Below are positions 49,042 to 57,930 of a DNA stretch of 64,000 bases, in pieces; positions within the stretch are counted from its first letter, which is position 1, and each line of letters starts with the position of its first letter. Made by a program: the position numbers and the translations under genes. The notes below the pieces were generated by a model, which had not been told where the DNA came from, did no database searches, and worked only from the letters and a program-made list of their open reading frames with translations. The stretch covers positions 237,219 to 301,218 of the forward strand of contig LFCN01000006.1 of NCBI GenBank assembly GCA_001189075.1, in the 5' to 3' direction. Source of the DNA: Parcubacteria bacterium C7867-004. Lineage in GTDB: Bacteria; Patescibacteriota; Minisyncoccia; Phycocordibacterales; Phycocordibacteraceae.

Positions 49042-49045
49042 TCGG

Positions 49046-49579
49046 ATGCTCGGCACCCTGCGAACGGTGTTCAAGGAAGCCAGGAGCACGAGCATAGCAA
49101 TTGCCGCGATGCTGGTGCTTTTCGCTATCGTGGCCTTCTTCCCGAACCTCGGCGTGCTCGGACCCGTGTTCGCGTCCGCGGCGCCAGTTGGAGAGAAAGC
49201 CGCATTCCTATTCTCCCTGCTCGGCTCTCCCGCGGAGAATGCAACCGGGTTCGGGTTCGCACTGCTTCTTATAAGCGTATTCCTGTCGGGTCTGGTTATA
49301 GCACTCGCAGCTTTTGCGTTACGTAAGCGCGCGCAGGATGTGAGCGCCATGGGCGTGTCAGGGCTCGGTATGCTCTCTGCCTTCGTTGGTATCGGATGCG
49401 CCTCCTGCGGATCGCTCGTGCTGTCCGCTCTCATCCCAATAATCGGCGCAGGGGCGTTCGCGACGCTGCTGCCGCTCGGGGGCCTCGAGTTCAGTATCCT
49501 CGGGATTCTGCTTCTGCTGATCTCGGGATATGTACTCGTACGCAAGATTGAACGGTCCGGCGTGTGTGCTATCGCGTAA
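49046..49579 (+). CDS. Membrane protein with GCASC motif
   Basis: Four TM helices, GIGCASCG, C-terminal Cys. Confidence 0.75.
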   Translation: MLGTLRTVFKEARSTSIAIAAMLVLFAIVAFFPNLGVLGPVFASAAPVGEKAAFLFSLLGSPAENATGFGFALLLISVFLSGLVIALAAFALRKRAQDVSAMGVSGLGMLSAFVGIGCASCGSLVLSALIPIIGAGAFATLLPLGGLEFSILGILLLLISGYVLVRKIERSGVCAIA

Positions 49580-49583
49580 TACT

Positions 49584-50174
49584 ATGACCATTCGATTGGA
49601 ACGGTTCCTAGTCCCCGTAGTCCTGCTGCTTGCGGTGTGTCTCCTGCCGCAGGGCGTACAGGCGCACGGGGAGGGCGTGCTTCCGTTCACGGCTACCACG
49701 ACCGAGGGCTATATCATCGATGTCGATTACGGCGGTCTCAAGATAGAGTCCGATGTCTCGGGCACTTTCACCTTCAATCTCTTTAAGGACGCGGCGCGTA
49801 CAGAGGAGGCGGTCTTTAAGGACCTATGGGTCCGCATCGTCGAAGAGGATGGGAGCGAGCATGGTCGTACGATATTCGCGGGACCGATAGCCCGCCCGGT
49901 ATTCGGACAGCTCAGCTTCTTGTACGTATTCCAGCATGCGGGGAAGTATTCGCTCGTAGTTCGGTATAACCAGGAGGAGACAGGAAGCATCTATGATCAG
50001 AAGAAGATTGAAGCAACCTTCCCGCTTGAAGTGTATCCACGGGCAGCTACAGGATGGTTCTCGGTCTCCTCTGAATTCCTTATGGGAGGCGCGGCGGGCG
50101 CCTTGAGCGTGCTGCTGCTTGGCTTACTCATGCACGTGATACGACGCAAGCGGTCAGGCAAGCGTGCTCTATGA
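49584..50174 (+). CDS. Secreted, C-terminally anchored hypothetical protein
   Basis: Signal peptide VQA-H; C-terminal TM plus basic tail. Confidence 0.7.
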   Translation: MTIRLERFLVPVVLLLAVCLLPQGVQAHGEGVLPFTATTTEGYIIDVDYGGLKIESDVSGTFTFNLFKDAARTEEAVFKDLWVRIVEEDGSEHGRTIFAGPIARPVFGQLSFLYVFQHAGKYSLVVRYNQEETGSIYDQKKIEATFPLEVYPRAATGWFSVSSEFLMGGAAGALSVLLLGLLMHVIRRKRSGKRAL

Positions 50175-50713
50175 AGAGGAATCTTTTAATCCTTGCCGCG
50201 CTTGTACTCGTCGCTCTAGCGGGTATCGCGTTGTGTCACTATTTCGCAAGGGAGGATAGTGCGCTCTCGAGTGACGTCGCGGGCGTACCGTTCATCATGC
50301 GAGGCGAGTTCGTAACGCTTCATGGCGGAGTCGCGGAAGACGTTACGGGACCTGACGGGATATCTAAAACAGTCGTGCGCTATTTCGGCAATGAGGTGCG
50401 GCATGACATCGACGGAGACGGTACCGATGATGTTGTCTTCCTCATCACGCAGGAAACGGGAAGCAGCATGTATTTCTATGCGGTAGGAGCGCTCAAGCGA
50501 GACAAGGGATATCAGGGAACGGCGGCAGTTATGCTCGGAGAAGGTATTGCACCTCAGACTACGGAAAAAGGAGAAGGACGGTCGGTCGTGGTGAACTATG
50601 CTGAGAAGACTGCGGATTCGACCTCGATCAACAAGAGCATCCATCTAGTGCTCGATACGAAACGCCTTGAGTTCGGCGAGCTGGTCCAGGGCTTCGAAGG
50701 AGAGGAGCGGTAA
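50171..50713 (+). CDS. Hypothetical exported protein
   Basis: TM; YFGNE..HDIDGDGTDD (Ca-binding-like), LGEGIAPQ. Confidence 0.7.
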   Translation: MKRNLLILAALVLVALAGIALCHYFAREDSALSSDVAGVPFIMRGEFVTLHGGVAEDVTGPDGISKTVVRYFGNEVRHDIDGDGTDDVVFLITQETGSSMYFYAVGALKRDKGYQGTAAVMLGEGIAPQTTEKGEGRSVVVNYAEKTADSTSINKSIHLVLDTKRLEFGELVQGFEGEER

Positions 50714-50764
50714 GTACGAAAGGCCATCCTAGGATGGCCTTCGGGTGGCGGGAGAGAAAGAGAG

Positions 50765-50986
50765 TCAGGGCTCCTGGATGGGGGTCACGTGCGGGAGAAC
50801 GAACGGCTCTTGAGAGAGCGGTATGGTTCCAGCAGATGCGGCGAGGTCGGTAGCTACGGTAGCTGAGACGAATGCGCCATGCAGGAACGCGACTACGGTC
50901 TTTTCTCCTTCGGAAAGGACGGCGGGAGCGAGGAATTTGAGGACGATGATAAGCACACCGAGACCGATAGCTTGCAAGATAGGCAT
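50765..50986 (-). CDS. Small hypothetical membrane protein
   Basis: 73-aa ORF with N-terminal hydrophobic helix filling a gap. Confidence 0.5.
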   Translation of the reverse strand: MPILQAIGLGVLIIVLKFLAPAVLSEGEKTVVAFLHGAFVSATVATDLAASAGTIPLSQEPFVLPHVTPIQEP

Positions 50987-51152
50987 AACGGAGAAGGTGA
51001 ATGGTAAGTCGAACAAGAATATATCTTGCCGACGAGACAGCGAGGCCGTCTCGTATCATCGTCTTTCAAGGTGCTTGCCCCTCTATCAGCTAGAACCAGC
51101 AGTTATATGGAAGGTTTCAGCTGAACCGGTCTCGGCGGTATACTGTACGCAT

Positions 51153-51632
51153 ATGGAGACCAAAACAGAGCAGGCTATATTCGCCGCGGGGTGTTTCTGG
51201 GGCGTCGAGGCGGCGTTTCTCGCCGTCCCTGGAGTTACGGATGCCGAGAGTGGGTACACGGGAGGACATACGCAGAACCCAACCTATGGCGAGGTATGCA
51301 CCGATACAACCGGGCATGCCGAGGCCGTGCGGGTCACGTTCGATCCAGAAACGGTATCCTTCGAGACACTCGTACGAAAGTTCTTCACGTTGCACGATCC
51401 GACGCAGGTAAATCGACAAGGACCGGATGTGGGAAGCCAGTATCGTTCCGGCGTGTTCTACCTTTCTGACGAGCAAAAAGAGGTCGCGGAAAAGGTGAAG
51501 AGCGAGTATGCGCAGAAACTTGCGCCAAAGGCGGTCGCCACCGAAGTAACCAAGGCGTCAGAATTCTTCCGCGCGGAAGAATACCATCAGCGGTATTTCG
51601 AGAAGCATCCTTCGGCTACCTGCCACATATAG
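51153..51632 (+). CDS. msrA: Peptide-methionine (S)-S-oxide reductase
   Basis: FAAGCFWGVE, GYTGG, TGHAE, RQGPDVGSQYRS, AEEYHQ.Y. Confidence 0.96.
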   Translation: METKTEQAIFAAGCFWGVEAAFLAVPGVTDAESGYTGGHTQNPTYGEVCTDTTGHAEAVRVTFDPETVSFETLVRKFFTLHDPTQVNRQGPDVGSQYRSGVFYLSDEQKEVAEKVKSEYAQKLAPKAVATEVTKASEFFRAEEYHQRYFEKHPSATCHI

Positions 51633-51671
51633 GACTTCATACGGCGCTCATCGTCGGAAGGGTACAAGAGT

Positions 51672-51693
51672 ATGCGGAGCGATCGCTCCGCAT
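51672..51693. repeat. 22-bp perfect palindrome
   Basis: ATGCGGAGCGATCGCTCCGCAT. Confidence 0.75.
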
Positions 51694-51716
51694 TTCTCGT
51701 AACTTCTTTTCTGACA

Positions 51717-52193
51717 ATGGACCCAATAGAAATAATCAAGAACGACCATCGAACCGTCGAGGCGTTGTTCTCTGAGTACGAATCGCTTGGCGATCGTGCA
51801 TACGAAGGGAAGCAGCGCATCGTCGACCAGCTCATCAAGGAACTCACGCTCCACGCCGAGATGGAGGAGACCATCGCGTACCCGGCATTCATGGAAGCTT
51901 TCACCAAAGAAGACGACAAGATGGTTGCGGAAGCGTATATCGAACATACGGGCGCCAAGCGCCTCATGGAGGATCTCCAAGGGCTCTCTCCCGAAGACAT
52001 AGAATTTGATGCAACCGTGAAAGTGCTCAAGGAGAACATCGAACATCACGTGAAGGAGGAAGAGGAGGAGTTGCTTCCGACGGCCGAAAAAGAGGTGCCG
52101 GAAGACGTGCTCGAGGAGATCGGGAAGGACATGATGGCGTTCAAGGATGCTGCGGCTGACGAAGAAGAAGACGCAGAATTGGAAGCGCTTTAA
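51717..52193 (+). CDS. Hemerythrin domain protein
   Basis: DH..V, HAEMEE...YP, EH, HHVKEEE. Confidence 0.9.
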   Translation: MDPIEIIKNDHRTVEALFSEYESLGDRAYEGKQRIVDQLIKELTLHAEMEETIAYPAFMEAFTKEDDKMVAEAYIEHTGAKRLMEDLQGLSPEDIEFDATVKVLKENIEHHVKEEEEELLPTAEKEVPEDVLEEIGKDMMAFKDAAADEEEDAELEAL

Positions 52194-52210
52194 TCCTAGA
52201 AACGAGAACA

Positions 52211-52238
52211 AAAAACGCGCCTTGAGGGGCGCGTTTTT
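52211..52238. terminator. Bidirectional terminator
   Basis: AAAAACGCGCCT-TGAG-GGGCGCGTTTTT between convergent genes. Confidence 0.75.
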
Positions 52239-52244
52239 GATTGC

Positions 52245-52652
52245 TTATTTCTGAGCGTCCTCTTGCTCGAAGCCGAGGCACACCGAGTTGATGCAATACC
52301 GCTTGCCGCCGGCATCTTTTGGACCGTCATCGAAGACGTGTCCCAGATGGCCTCCGCAGGTCTTGCAGTACACTTCCGTGCGATGCATCCCAAGCGAGCT
52401 ATCGTCGCGTGTGCCTACGTTTGCTGCTACGGCAGGGTCGGTGAAGGAGGGCCAGCCGCTCCCAGAATCGAACTTCTTTTCGGACGAGAACAGCGCAGAC
52501 CCACAGGCGCGGCAGGTATACATGCCGGTCTCATGGTTATTCACGAATTTCCCCGTGAACGGGGCTTCGGTACCTGCTTCGCGTAGGACGCGGTATTCCT
52601 CAGGGCTCAGCTCGTTCTTCCACTCCTCTTCGGTCTTGGTGACGGGTTCCAT
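52245..52652 (-). CDS. msrB: Peptide-methionine (R)-S-oxide reductase
   Basis: GTEAPF, CRAC, KFDSGSGWPSF, HLGHVFDDGP, RYCINS. Confidence 0.96.
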   Translation of the reverse strand: MEPVTKTEEEWKNELSPEEYRVLREAGTEAPFTGKFVNNHETGMYTCRACGSALFSSEKKFDSGSGWPSFTDPAVAANVGTRDDSSLGMHRTEVYCKTCGGHLGHVFDDGPKDAGGKRYCINSVCLGFEQEDAQK

Positions 52653-52718
52653 ATAGGAAAAGTATAGCAGGGAGGGTAAATCTTGACTCAGGGGGCATTG
52701 TGATACCATAGGCCTATT

Positions 52719-53888
52719 ATGAAGCGCCTCGGTATATTCGCGGCCGTACTCCTTATGGGAGCGATACCGCTTCAGGCGGCGGCGGCTACTTTGCTCAGCA
52801 ATCGTACGCTCGTCGTATCCGAGGCACCTCCCGGGAACGCCTATCTCACCGGAACCGATATCACGGTGACGGTCCCGCTCCCAGCTGACGTTGCGGCCTT
52901 CGGAGGCACTCTCACGCTCTCGGCTCCCGTTATGGGCGACGCACTGCTTGTCGGGGGTACGGTGCTTGCGAGCAAGGCAGTAGCGGGAGATCTGCGTGCT
53001 GCCGGAGCGCAGATAACGGTCACCGGTCCTGTAACCGGCGATTTGATGCTCGCGGGAGGCTCGGTCGTTGCGTCGACCTCCGCAAGCGACGTGCATATCA
53101 TCGGCGGGAACGTGCAGCTTACCGGTAGCGGCGGACCAGTCACCATCTATGGCGCCGACGTCATACTTTCAGGCGAGTTTGATGGCGACGTCGCTATCGT
53201 CGCCTCGGACAGCGTTACGCTCGGCGAGGGCACTGTAATCCATGGCGCGCTCAAGTACGATGCGCCGCAGCAGGCGGGAATCCCGGTATCTGCAGTCATC
53301 GATAACGGCGTCAACTACACCGGTGCCGCGACCTATCTCCCGACGGTCGAGCAGGCGGAAACGTTTGCGATAGCCGGTGCGGGAGTTCTCTACGTCGTGA
53401 AGATCATCGCGCTCCTGATAGCGGCAGGGCTTCTCGCCGGTCTCTTCCCGCTCTTTACCCAGACGGTAGCTGATCGCGCCATAGCGCGTACGCCCGGCCG
53501 GTTCATACTGCTTGCGCTTCTCGGGTTTGCTATCGTTATCGCGACACCCGTCCTCATCTTCCTGCTCCTCATCTCGTTCGTAGGCATGGCGGTGGCGTTC
53601 ATGCTCGCCGCTTCCTATGCGCTCCTGCTTTTGCTCGGGTACGTGTACGCGGGCATCATCGCCGGAAGCGCGCTCTCGCGCGGCGTGCTCAAGCGCACTG
53701 ACGTGAGTTGGAAGATAGCGTTGCTCGGCATGCTCGTGCTCTCGGTTATCGGCGCTATCCCGGTCTTCGGCGCCCTCGTGATATTCATACTCTTCCTGGC
53801 CGCTACCGGCGCCATCGTCTCGATCGGCTACACGTTCGCATTCGGCAAACAGGACGTCGATGATCTTGCGGACCTTTCCGTTGAGTAG
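52719..53888 (+). CDS. Membrane protein with beta-helix (polymer-forming/bactofilin-like) repeats
   Basis: Signal peptide; repeated V.GD....GG units; C-terminal TM bundle. Confidence 0.75.
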   Translation: MKRLGIFAAVLLMGAIPLQAAAATLLSNRTLVVSEAPPGNAYLTGTDITVTVPLPADVAAFGGTLTLSAPVMGDALLVGGTVLASKAVAGDLRAAGAQITVTGPVTGDLMLAGGSVVASTSASDVHIIGGNVQLTGSGGPVTIYGADVILSGEFDGDVAIVASDSVTLGEGTVIHGALKYDAPQQAGIPVSAVIDNGVNYTGAATYLPTVEQAETFAIAGAGVLYVVKIIALLIAAGLLAGLFPLFTQTVADRAIARTPGRFILLALLGFAIVIATPVLIFLLLISFVGMAVAFMLAASYALLLLLGYVYAGIIAGSALSRGVLKRTDVSWKIALLGMLVLSVIGAIPVFGALVIFILFLAATGAIVSIGYTFAFGKQDVDDLADLSVE

Positions 53889-53894
53889 CCGGAT

Positions 53895-54368
53895 ATGAGT
53901 TCGATGCCGCAGGTTGGAGACATCGCCCCAGATTTCACGCTTCCCGATCAAGACGGCGGCATGCACGCGCTCTCGAGTTATCGGGGCAAGAACATTCTCC
54001 TGTATTTCTATCCGAAAGATGATACGCCCGGCTGCACGAAGGAGGCCTGCGCCATCCGGGATGCTGAACCCGACTTCTCAAAGCTCAATGCGGTTGTGCT
54101 CGGGGTATCTGCGGACTCGGTGAAGAGTCATAAGAAGTTCTCCGAGAAGTACGGTCTCGCATTCACGCTCCTGGCTGACGAAGGGAAGGAGGTAGTGAAT
54201 CTCTACGGCGTATGGGGCCGGAAGAAGATGATGGGACGCGAATATGACGGCGTGTTCCGCACTTCCTTCCTCATCGGCCCGGATGGGCGCATCAAGCGAG
54301 TGTATGAAAAAGTGAAGCCGGAACTGCATGCGGCTGACGTGCTCGCTGATCTTAACGGGCATGCCTGA
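53895..54368 (+). CDS. bcp: Peroxiredoxin BCP/PrxQ
   Basis: [22 protein letters not shown]. Confidence 0.93.
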   Translation: MSSMPQVGDIAPDFTLPDQDGGMHALSSYRGKNILLYFYPKDDTPGCTKEACAIRDAEPDFSKLNAVVLGVSADSVKSHKKFSEKYGLAFTLLADEGKEVVNLYGVWGRKKMMGREYDGVFRTSFLIGPDGRIKRVYEKVKPELHAADVLADLNGHA

Positions 54369-55029
54369 GAAAATATTCGAGGAACGAAAGGCACGGGCGA
54401 AGAAACTGATCGCGTATCTTAAGAAAGCGTATCCGAAACCGGCAACCGAGCTCAATTATACGACCCCTATACAGCTCGTTGTAGCAGTCATGCTGTCGGC
54501 GCAATCGACCGACAAGCGCGTGAATCTGGTCACGGAGGTGATCTTCAAGAACTACAAGACCGTGAATGACTTTGCGGATGCTGACTTGGCGACGTTCACG
54601 CAGCAGATCTCTTCCATCACGTTCTTCCAGAACAAAGCGAAGCACATCATCGCAACCGCGAAGATGATCAGGGATGAGTTCGGAGGCGAGATACCCAAGA
54701 TTGAAGCCCAGCTCGTGCGGCTTCCCGGGATCGCGTACAAGACTGCGCACGTGGTGCTCGGCGAGCTCTACGGCATCTATGAAGGCATCCCAACCGATAC
54801 GCACGTCCGCCGGTTCGCACTGCGCTTCGATCTCACCAACCGCACTGAGCTTACGAGGATATCAAAGGATCTTGAGATGCTCATCCCGAAGAACGATTGG
54901 AAATACGTGAACAACGGCTTCGTGCTCTATGGCCGATATCTGTGTCCTGCGCTCCCGCATCCGTGCGAGAACCATCCGCTCACGAAGCTTTGGCCGCCAG
55001 CGGCCAATCGTTGGCCGAAATCGAAATAA
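54361..55029 (+). CDS. nth: Endonuclease III
   Basis: [26 protein letters not shown] (HhH), PTDTHV. Confidence 0.92.
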   Translation: MPEKIFEERKARAKKLIAYLKKAYPKPATELNYTTPIQLVVAVMLSAQSTDKRVNLVTEVIFKNYKTVNDFADADLATFTQQISSITFFQNKAKHIIATAKMIRDEFGGEIPKIEAQLVRLPGIAYKTAHVVLGELYGIYEGIPTDTHVRRFALRFDLTNRTELTRISKDLEMLIPKNDWKYVNNGFVLYGRYLCPALPHPCENHPLTKLWPPAANRWPKSK

Positions 55030-55038
55030 TTAAAAACC

Positions 55039-55062
55039 GCAGGGGAGCGAAGCTCCGCCTGC
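55039..55062 (-). terminator. Intrinsic terminator
   Basis: GCAGG-GGAGC-GAA-GCTCC-G-CCTGC with TTTTT on minus strand. Confidence 0.65.
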
Positions 55063-55080
55063 AGTCTGGGTTGAAGTGGA

Positions 55081-55497
55081 CTAGACCCGAGGCTCGGACC
55101 TGCAGACCAGGTAGAAGTCGTACCTTCGGCCGTGCCCGCCGGGCGTCACGACCCGCTCTTCGAACATCTGACCGGCAGAACAGTCGCGGAGACCTTGCCG
55201 AATGCACACTGCGCTGATCTCCGAGAATATAACGTTGTTCCTGTAGCTGCGGAGATAGACGCGCAATGCCGCATCCTTGTAGCCGGGCTGACAGGGCGTC
55301 GACTTCATCCGACCGTGCTCGTCAGTGTGTCTGTGAAAGTCGTCGTTCTTCGGGGCCCCCGCGGGTGCCGTCTTGAGCCTCGGCGACGGCACGTCCGCGC
55401 CGTAGCTGTCGCCCGGAGAGGCATACGCCGGGCAAGAAATGGCCAGCGTGCCAGCAGCCAAGGTAATCAATATACGACGCATAGAAGCGGACTCCAT
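55081..55497 (-). CDS. Orphan secreted Cys-containing protein
   Basis: Signal peptide (MRRILITLAAG..AYA), four Cys in mature part; alternative start 55482. Confidence 0.65.
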   Translation of the reverse strand: MESASMRRILITLAAGTLAISCPAYASPGDSYGADVPSPRLKTAPAGAPKNDDFHRHTDEHGRMKSTPCQPGYKDAALRVYLRSYRNNVIFSEISAVCIRQGLRDCSAGQMFEERVVTPGGHGRRYDFYLVCRSEPRV

Positions 55498-55618
55498 AGA
55501 CGGCCCTTGATTGGGTCAGTCGTCCATCTAGAGAGCAGACTTACATACTTATTCATTTTGTCAATTTCAAAGAAAATGTACACAAAGTCATAAGGAGGAT
55601 TTGATATACTGAACACAT

Positions 55619-55867
55619 ATGGAAAAACGACTGTATCGAAGCCGCACTAATAAGGTCATTGCGGGCGTCCTCGGCGGGATCGGCGAGTATTACGACACTG
55701 ACCCTGTGATCATCCGTCTGGTCTACCTCCTCGCTACATTCGCAACCGGTATCGTCCCGGGCATCCTCGCGTATTTGGTCGCCATGCTCATTGTTCCGGT
55801 AGCGCCTCCGTTCGTACCGTCCACCCCGGCCTCTGCCGAAGCGGTACATGACACCGAAACGGTTTAG
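55619..55867 (+). CDS. PspC domain protein
   Basis: KRLYRSRTNKVIAGVLGGIGEY...DPVIIRL. Confidence 0.9.
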   Translation: MEKRLYRSRTNKVIAGVLGGIGEYYDTDPVIIRLVYLLATFATGIVPGILAYLVAMLIVPVAPPFVPSTPASAEAVHDTETV

Positions 55868-56657
55868 GGAAACCGTCCTCGCGTACTACGCGAAAGAAGG
55901 AAGACAAACGCTTCCGTGGAGGCGAACGAAGGATCCGTACCGTATCCTCGTGTCGGAAGTAATGCTGCAGCAGACGCAGGTGGAGCGGGTCATCCCGTAC
56001 TATCGCGCATTCCTCGATCGGTTCCCGAAGATAGAAGACCTTGCGAGCGCTCCGCTTTCAGACGTTCTCACACTTTGGCAAGGACTCGGCTACAACCGCC
56101 GCGCAAAGATGCTGCATGAGGCAGCGAAAATGGTGCGGGTAGATTTCAGTGGAAAGATGCCGACGACTCCCGAGAAGCTTGAGATGCTTCCCGGTGTGGG
56201 TCCGTACACGGCAGGAGCGATAGCAGCATTCAGCAAGAACACCGATGTGATATTCATCGAGACGAATATTCGTACGGCAGTTATCCATCATTTCTTTCCG
56301 GGAGAAGAGAAGGTTCCTGATAGCGAGATAGTTTCAATACTCGAGAAAGCGTATCCCGAGGGTAAGGCCCGCGAGTGGTATTCGGCGCTCATGGACTATG
56401 GCTCAATGCTCAAGCGAAGTGGCGTGCGAGTAAACGTGAAAAGCAAGGGATACGCAAAGCAAACGAAGTTCGAGGGCTCGAAGCGTCAGGCACGCGGAGC
56501 GATTCTGAAAGCACTCGTAGGAAGTCCTCGTAGAGGAGATTTCCTCATCGCGCTCCTTGGTCCCGAGCGGGAAGGACAGATGCGTTCGCAACTCGCCTCC
56601 CTTACAAAAGAAGGGCTTGTCGAGCTTACGAACCGACGGTTCCGGCTTCCAGGCTGA
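55848..56657 (+). CDS. mutY: A/G-specific adenine glycosylase (short form)
   Basis: LPWR, PYRILVSEVMLQQTQV, WQGLGYNRRA, LPGVGPYTA, ALMDYG. Confidence 0.92.
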   Translation: MTPKRFRETVLAYYAKEGRQTLPWRRTKDPYRILVSEVMLQQTQVERVIPYYRAFLDRFPKIEDLASAPLSDVLTLWQGLGYNRRAKMLHEAAKMVRVDFSGKMPTTPEKLEMLPGVGPYTAGAIAAFSKNTDVIFIETNIRTAVIHHFFPGEEKVPDSEIVSILEKAYPEGKAREWYSALMDYGSMLKRSGVRVNVKSKGYAKQTKFEGSKRQARGAILKALVGSPRRGDFLIALLGPEREGQMRSQLASLTKEGLVELTNRRFRLPG

Positions 56658-57837
56658 TAATGGAGGTCTTCTGTGCACGAGGAATAGCAACCTGATGTAT
56701 GCCGATAGTTGCAATAACGCCGAGCGCTGCGATCAAGGCGCCTGCAATAAGGAAGAAGATGAGGTAGTTTCCGGCGAAGAGGATGATGCTCGCGAACACT
56801 GGGGCGATAAGCGCCGATAGGGGGCGCGTCATGCGAAATACGCTGATGGTATTCGCATCCCGCTCCGAGACCCTGCGGAAGAAGTGACTCTCCACCATGC
56901 TCTCGACGAGCGCCGCGCCGATGCGACTTATAAAGAGTATGGCGACGATAATTTCTACCGGTGTGGTGGTATCAACGAAGCCGATTGCTGCGAACGCCAC
57001 GCCCGCGATAAGGAACCCGGCTATGAGCATGCCCTTGTCCCCGAGATACCGATCCGCAAGCCAGCCTGCGGGGTACTCAACGAAGACGAACGGTAGCAGC
57101 ATAATGGCGAAGATCCACCCGAGTTGTTCCCACGGCATGCCGAGTACCGTGTGAAGATATAGCGGGATATAGAGCGGCGCGAGGTGATAGAAGAACTGGA
57201 GGACCGCGTTGCCGAGTGCGGCCGCACGCAGATCGGCATCCTTCCAGATGCACGCGCACGTCATCCCAACCGCGCTGAATACCGGCGGCTGGCCTTCAGG
57301 AAGCGGCTCGATAAGAAAGAGCGCAATAAACGGTGCGAGCGAGAGGCTCGCAACCAGGAATACGAGGGAGTATCGCTCGCTATCATCGAGCAGGAAGCCT
57401 ATCGCGATTGGCGCCATTATGAGCGCCAGGTTGCCGGCGGTAAGGAAGGCGGTACGGACCCGGCCGGTAGTGCTCTCGCCACGCATGGTTGCCTCAAGGA
57501 GGAGGTCGAGTTGATACGCGATGAGCGGCGATAGTGCGCAGGAGAGCGCGATGCAGGCAATAGCGAGCACCATCATCGGCGCACCAGCCAGCAGGAACAG
57601 GTTCACCGACTGGAGGAACGCGAGGATGATAACCAACCGCTTCGCGCCGAACTTACACACGAGTCGCGGCATGAACGGGAATACGCTGAGCGTGATGATC
57701 GCACCGAGTGAGACAACAAGACCGGCTTGTGCGGCCGGCATGAAGAGCGCGAGGTAGGGCGCGATGATATAGACGATCAAGAAGAAGTGCGCGGCACTAA
57801 AAAAGTTACCGACCGAAAGGATCAAGCGCGGGTGCAT
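56626..57837 (-). CDS. MFS transporter
   Basis: 12 TM helices, GWLADRYLG motif. Confidence 0.88.
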   Translation of the reverse strand: MHPRLILSVGNFFSAAHFFLIVYIIAPYLALFMPAAQAGLVVSLGAIITLSVFPFMPRLVCKFGAKRLVIILAFLQSVNLFLLAGAPMMVLAIACIALSCALSPLIAYQLDLLLEATMRGESTTGRVRTAFLTAGNLALIMAPIAIGFLLDDSERYSLVFLVASLSLAPFIALFLIEPLPEGQPPVFSAVGMTCACIWKDADLRAAALGNAVLQFFYHLAPLYIPLYLHTVLGMPWEQLGWIFAIMLLPFVFVEYPAGWLADRYLGDKGMLIAGFLIAGVAFAAIGFVDTTTPVEIIVAILFISRIGAALVESMVESHFFRRVSERDANTISVFRMTRPLSALIAPVFASIILFAGNYLIFFLIAGALIAALGVIATIGIHQVAIPRAQKTSIISLEAGTVGS

Positions 57838-57876
57838 TACGAATATTTTAGCATCCTGGTTGTCCGAATTGGCACA

Positions 57877-57913
57877 AAAGAAACATGCCGCACGAGGTGC
57901 GGCATGTTTCTTT
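57877..57913 (-). terminator. Terminator after rnj
   Basis: AAAGAAACATGCCGCAC-GAG-GTGCGGCATGTTTCTTT. Confidence 0.78.
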
Positions 57914-57930
57914 GCGAGACGTTGGGTAAC

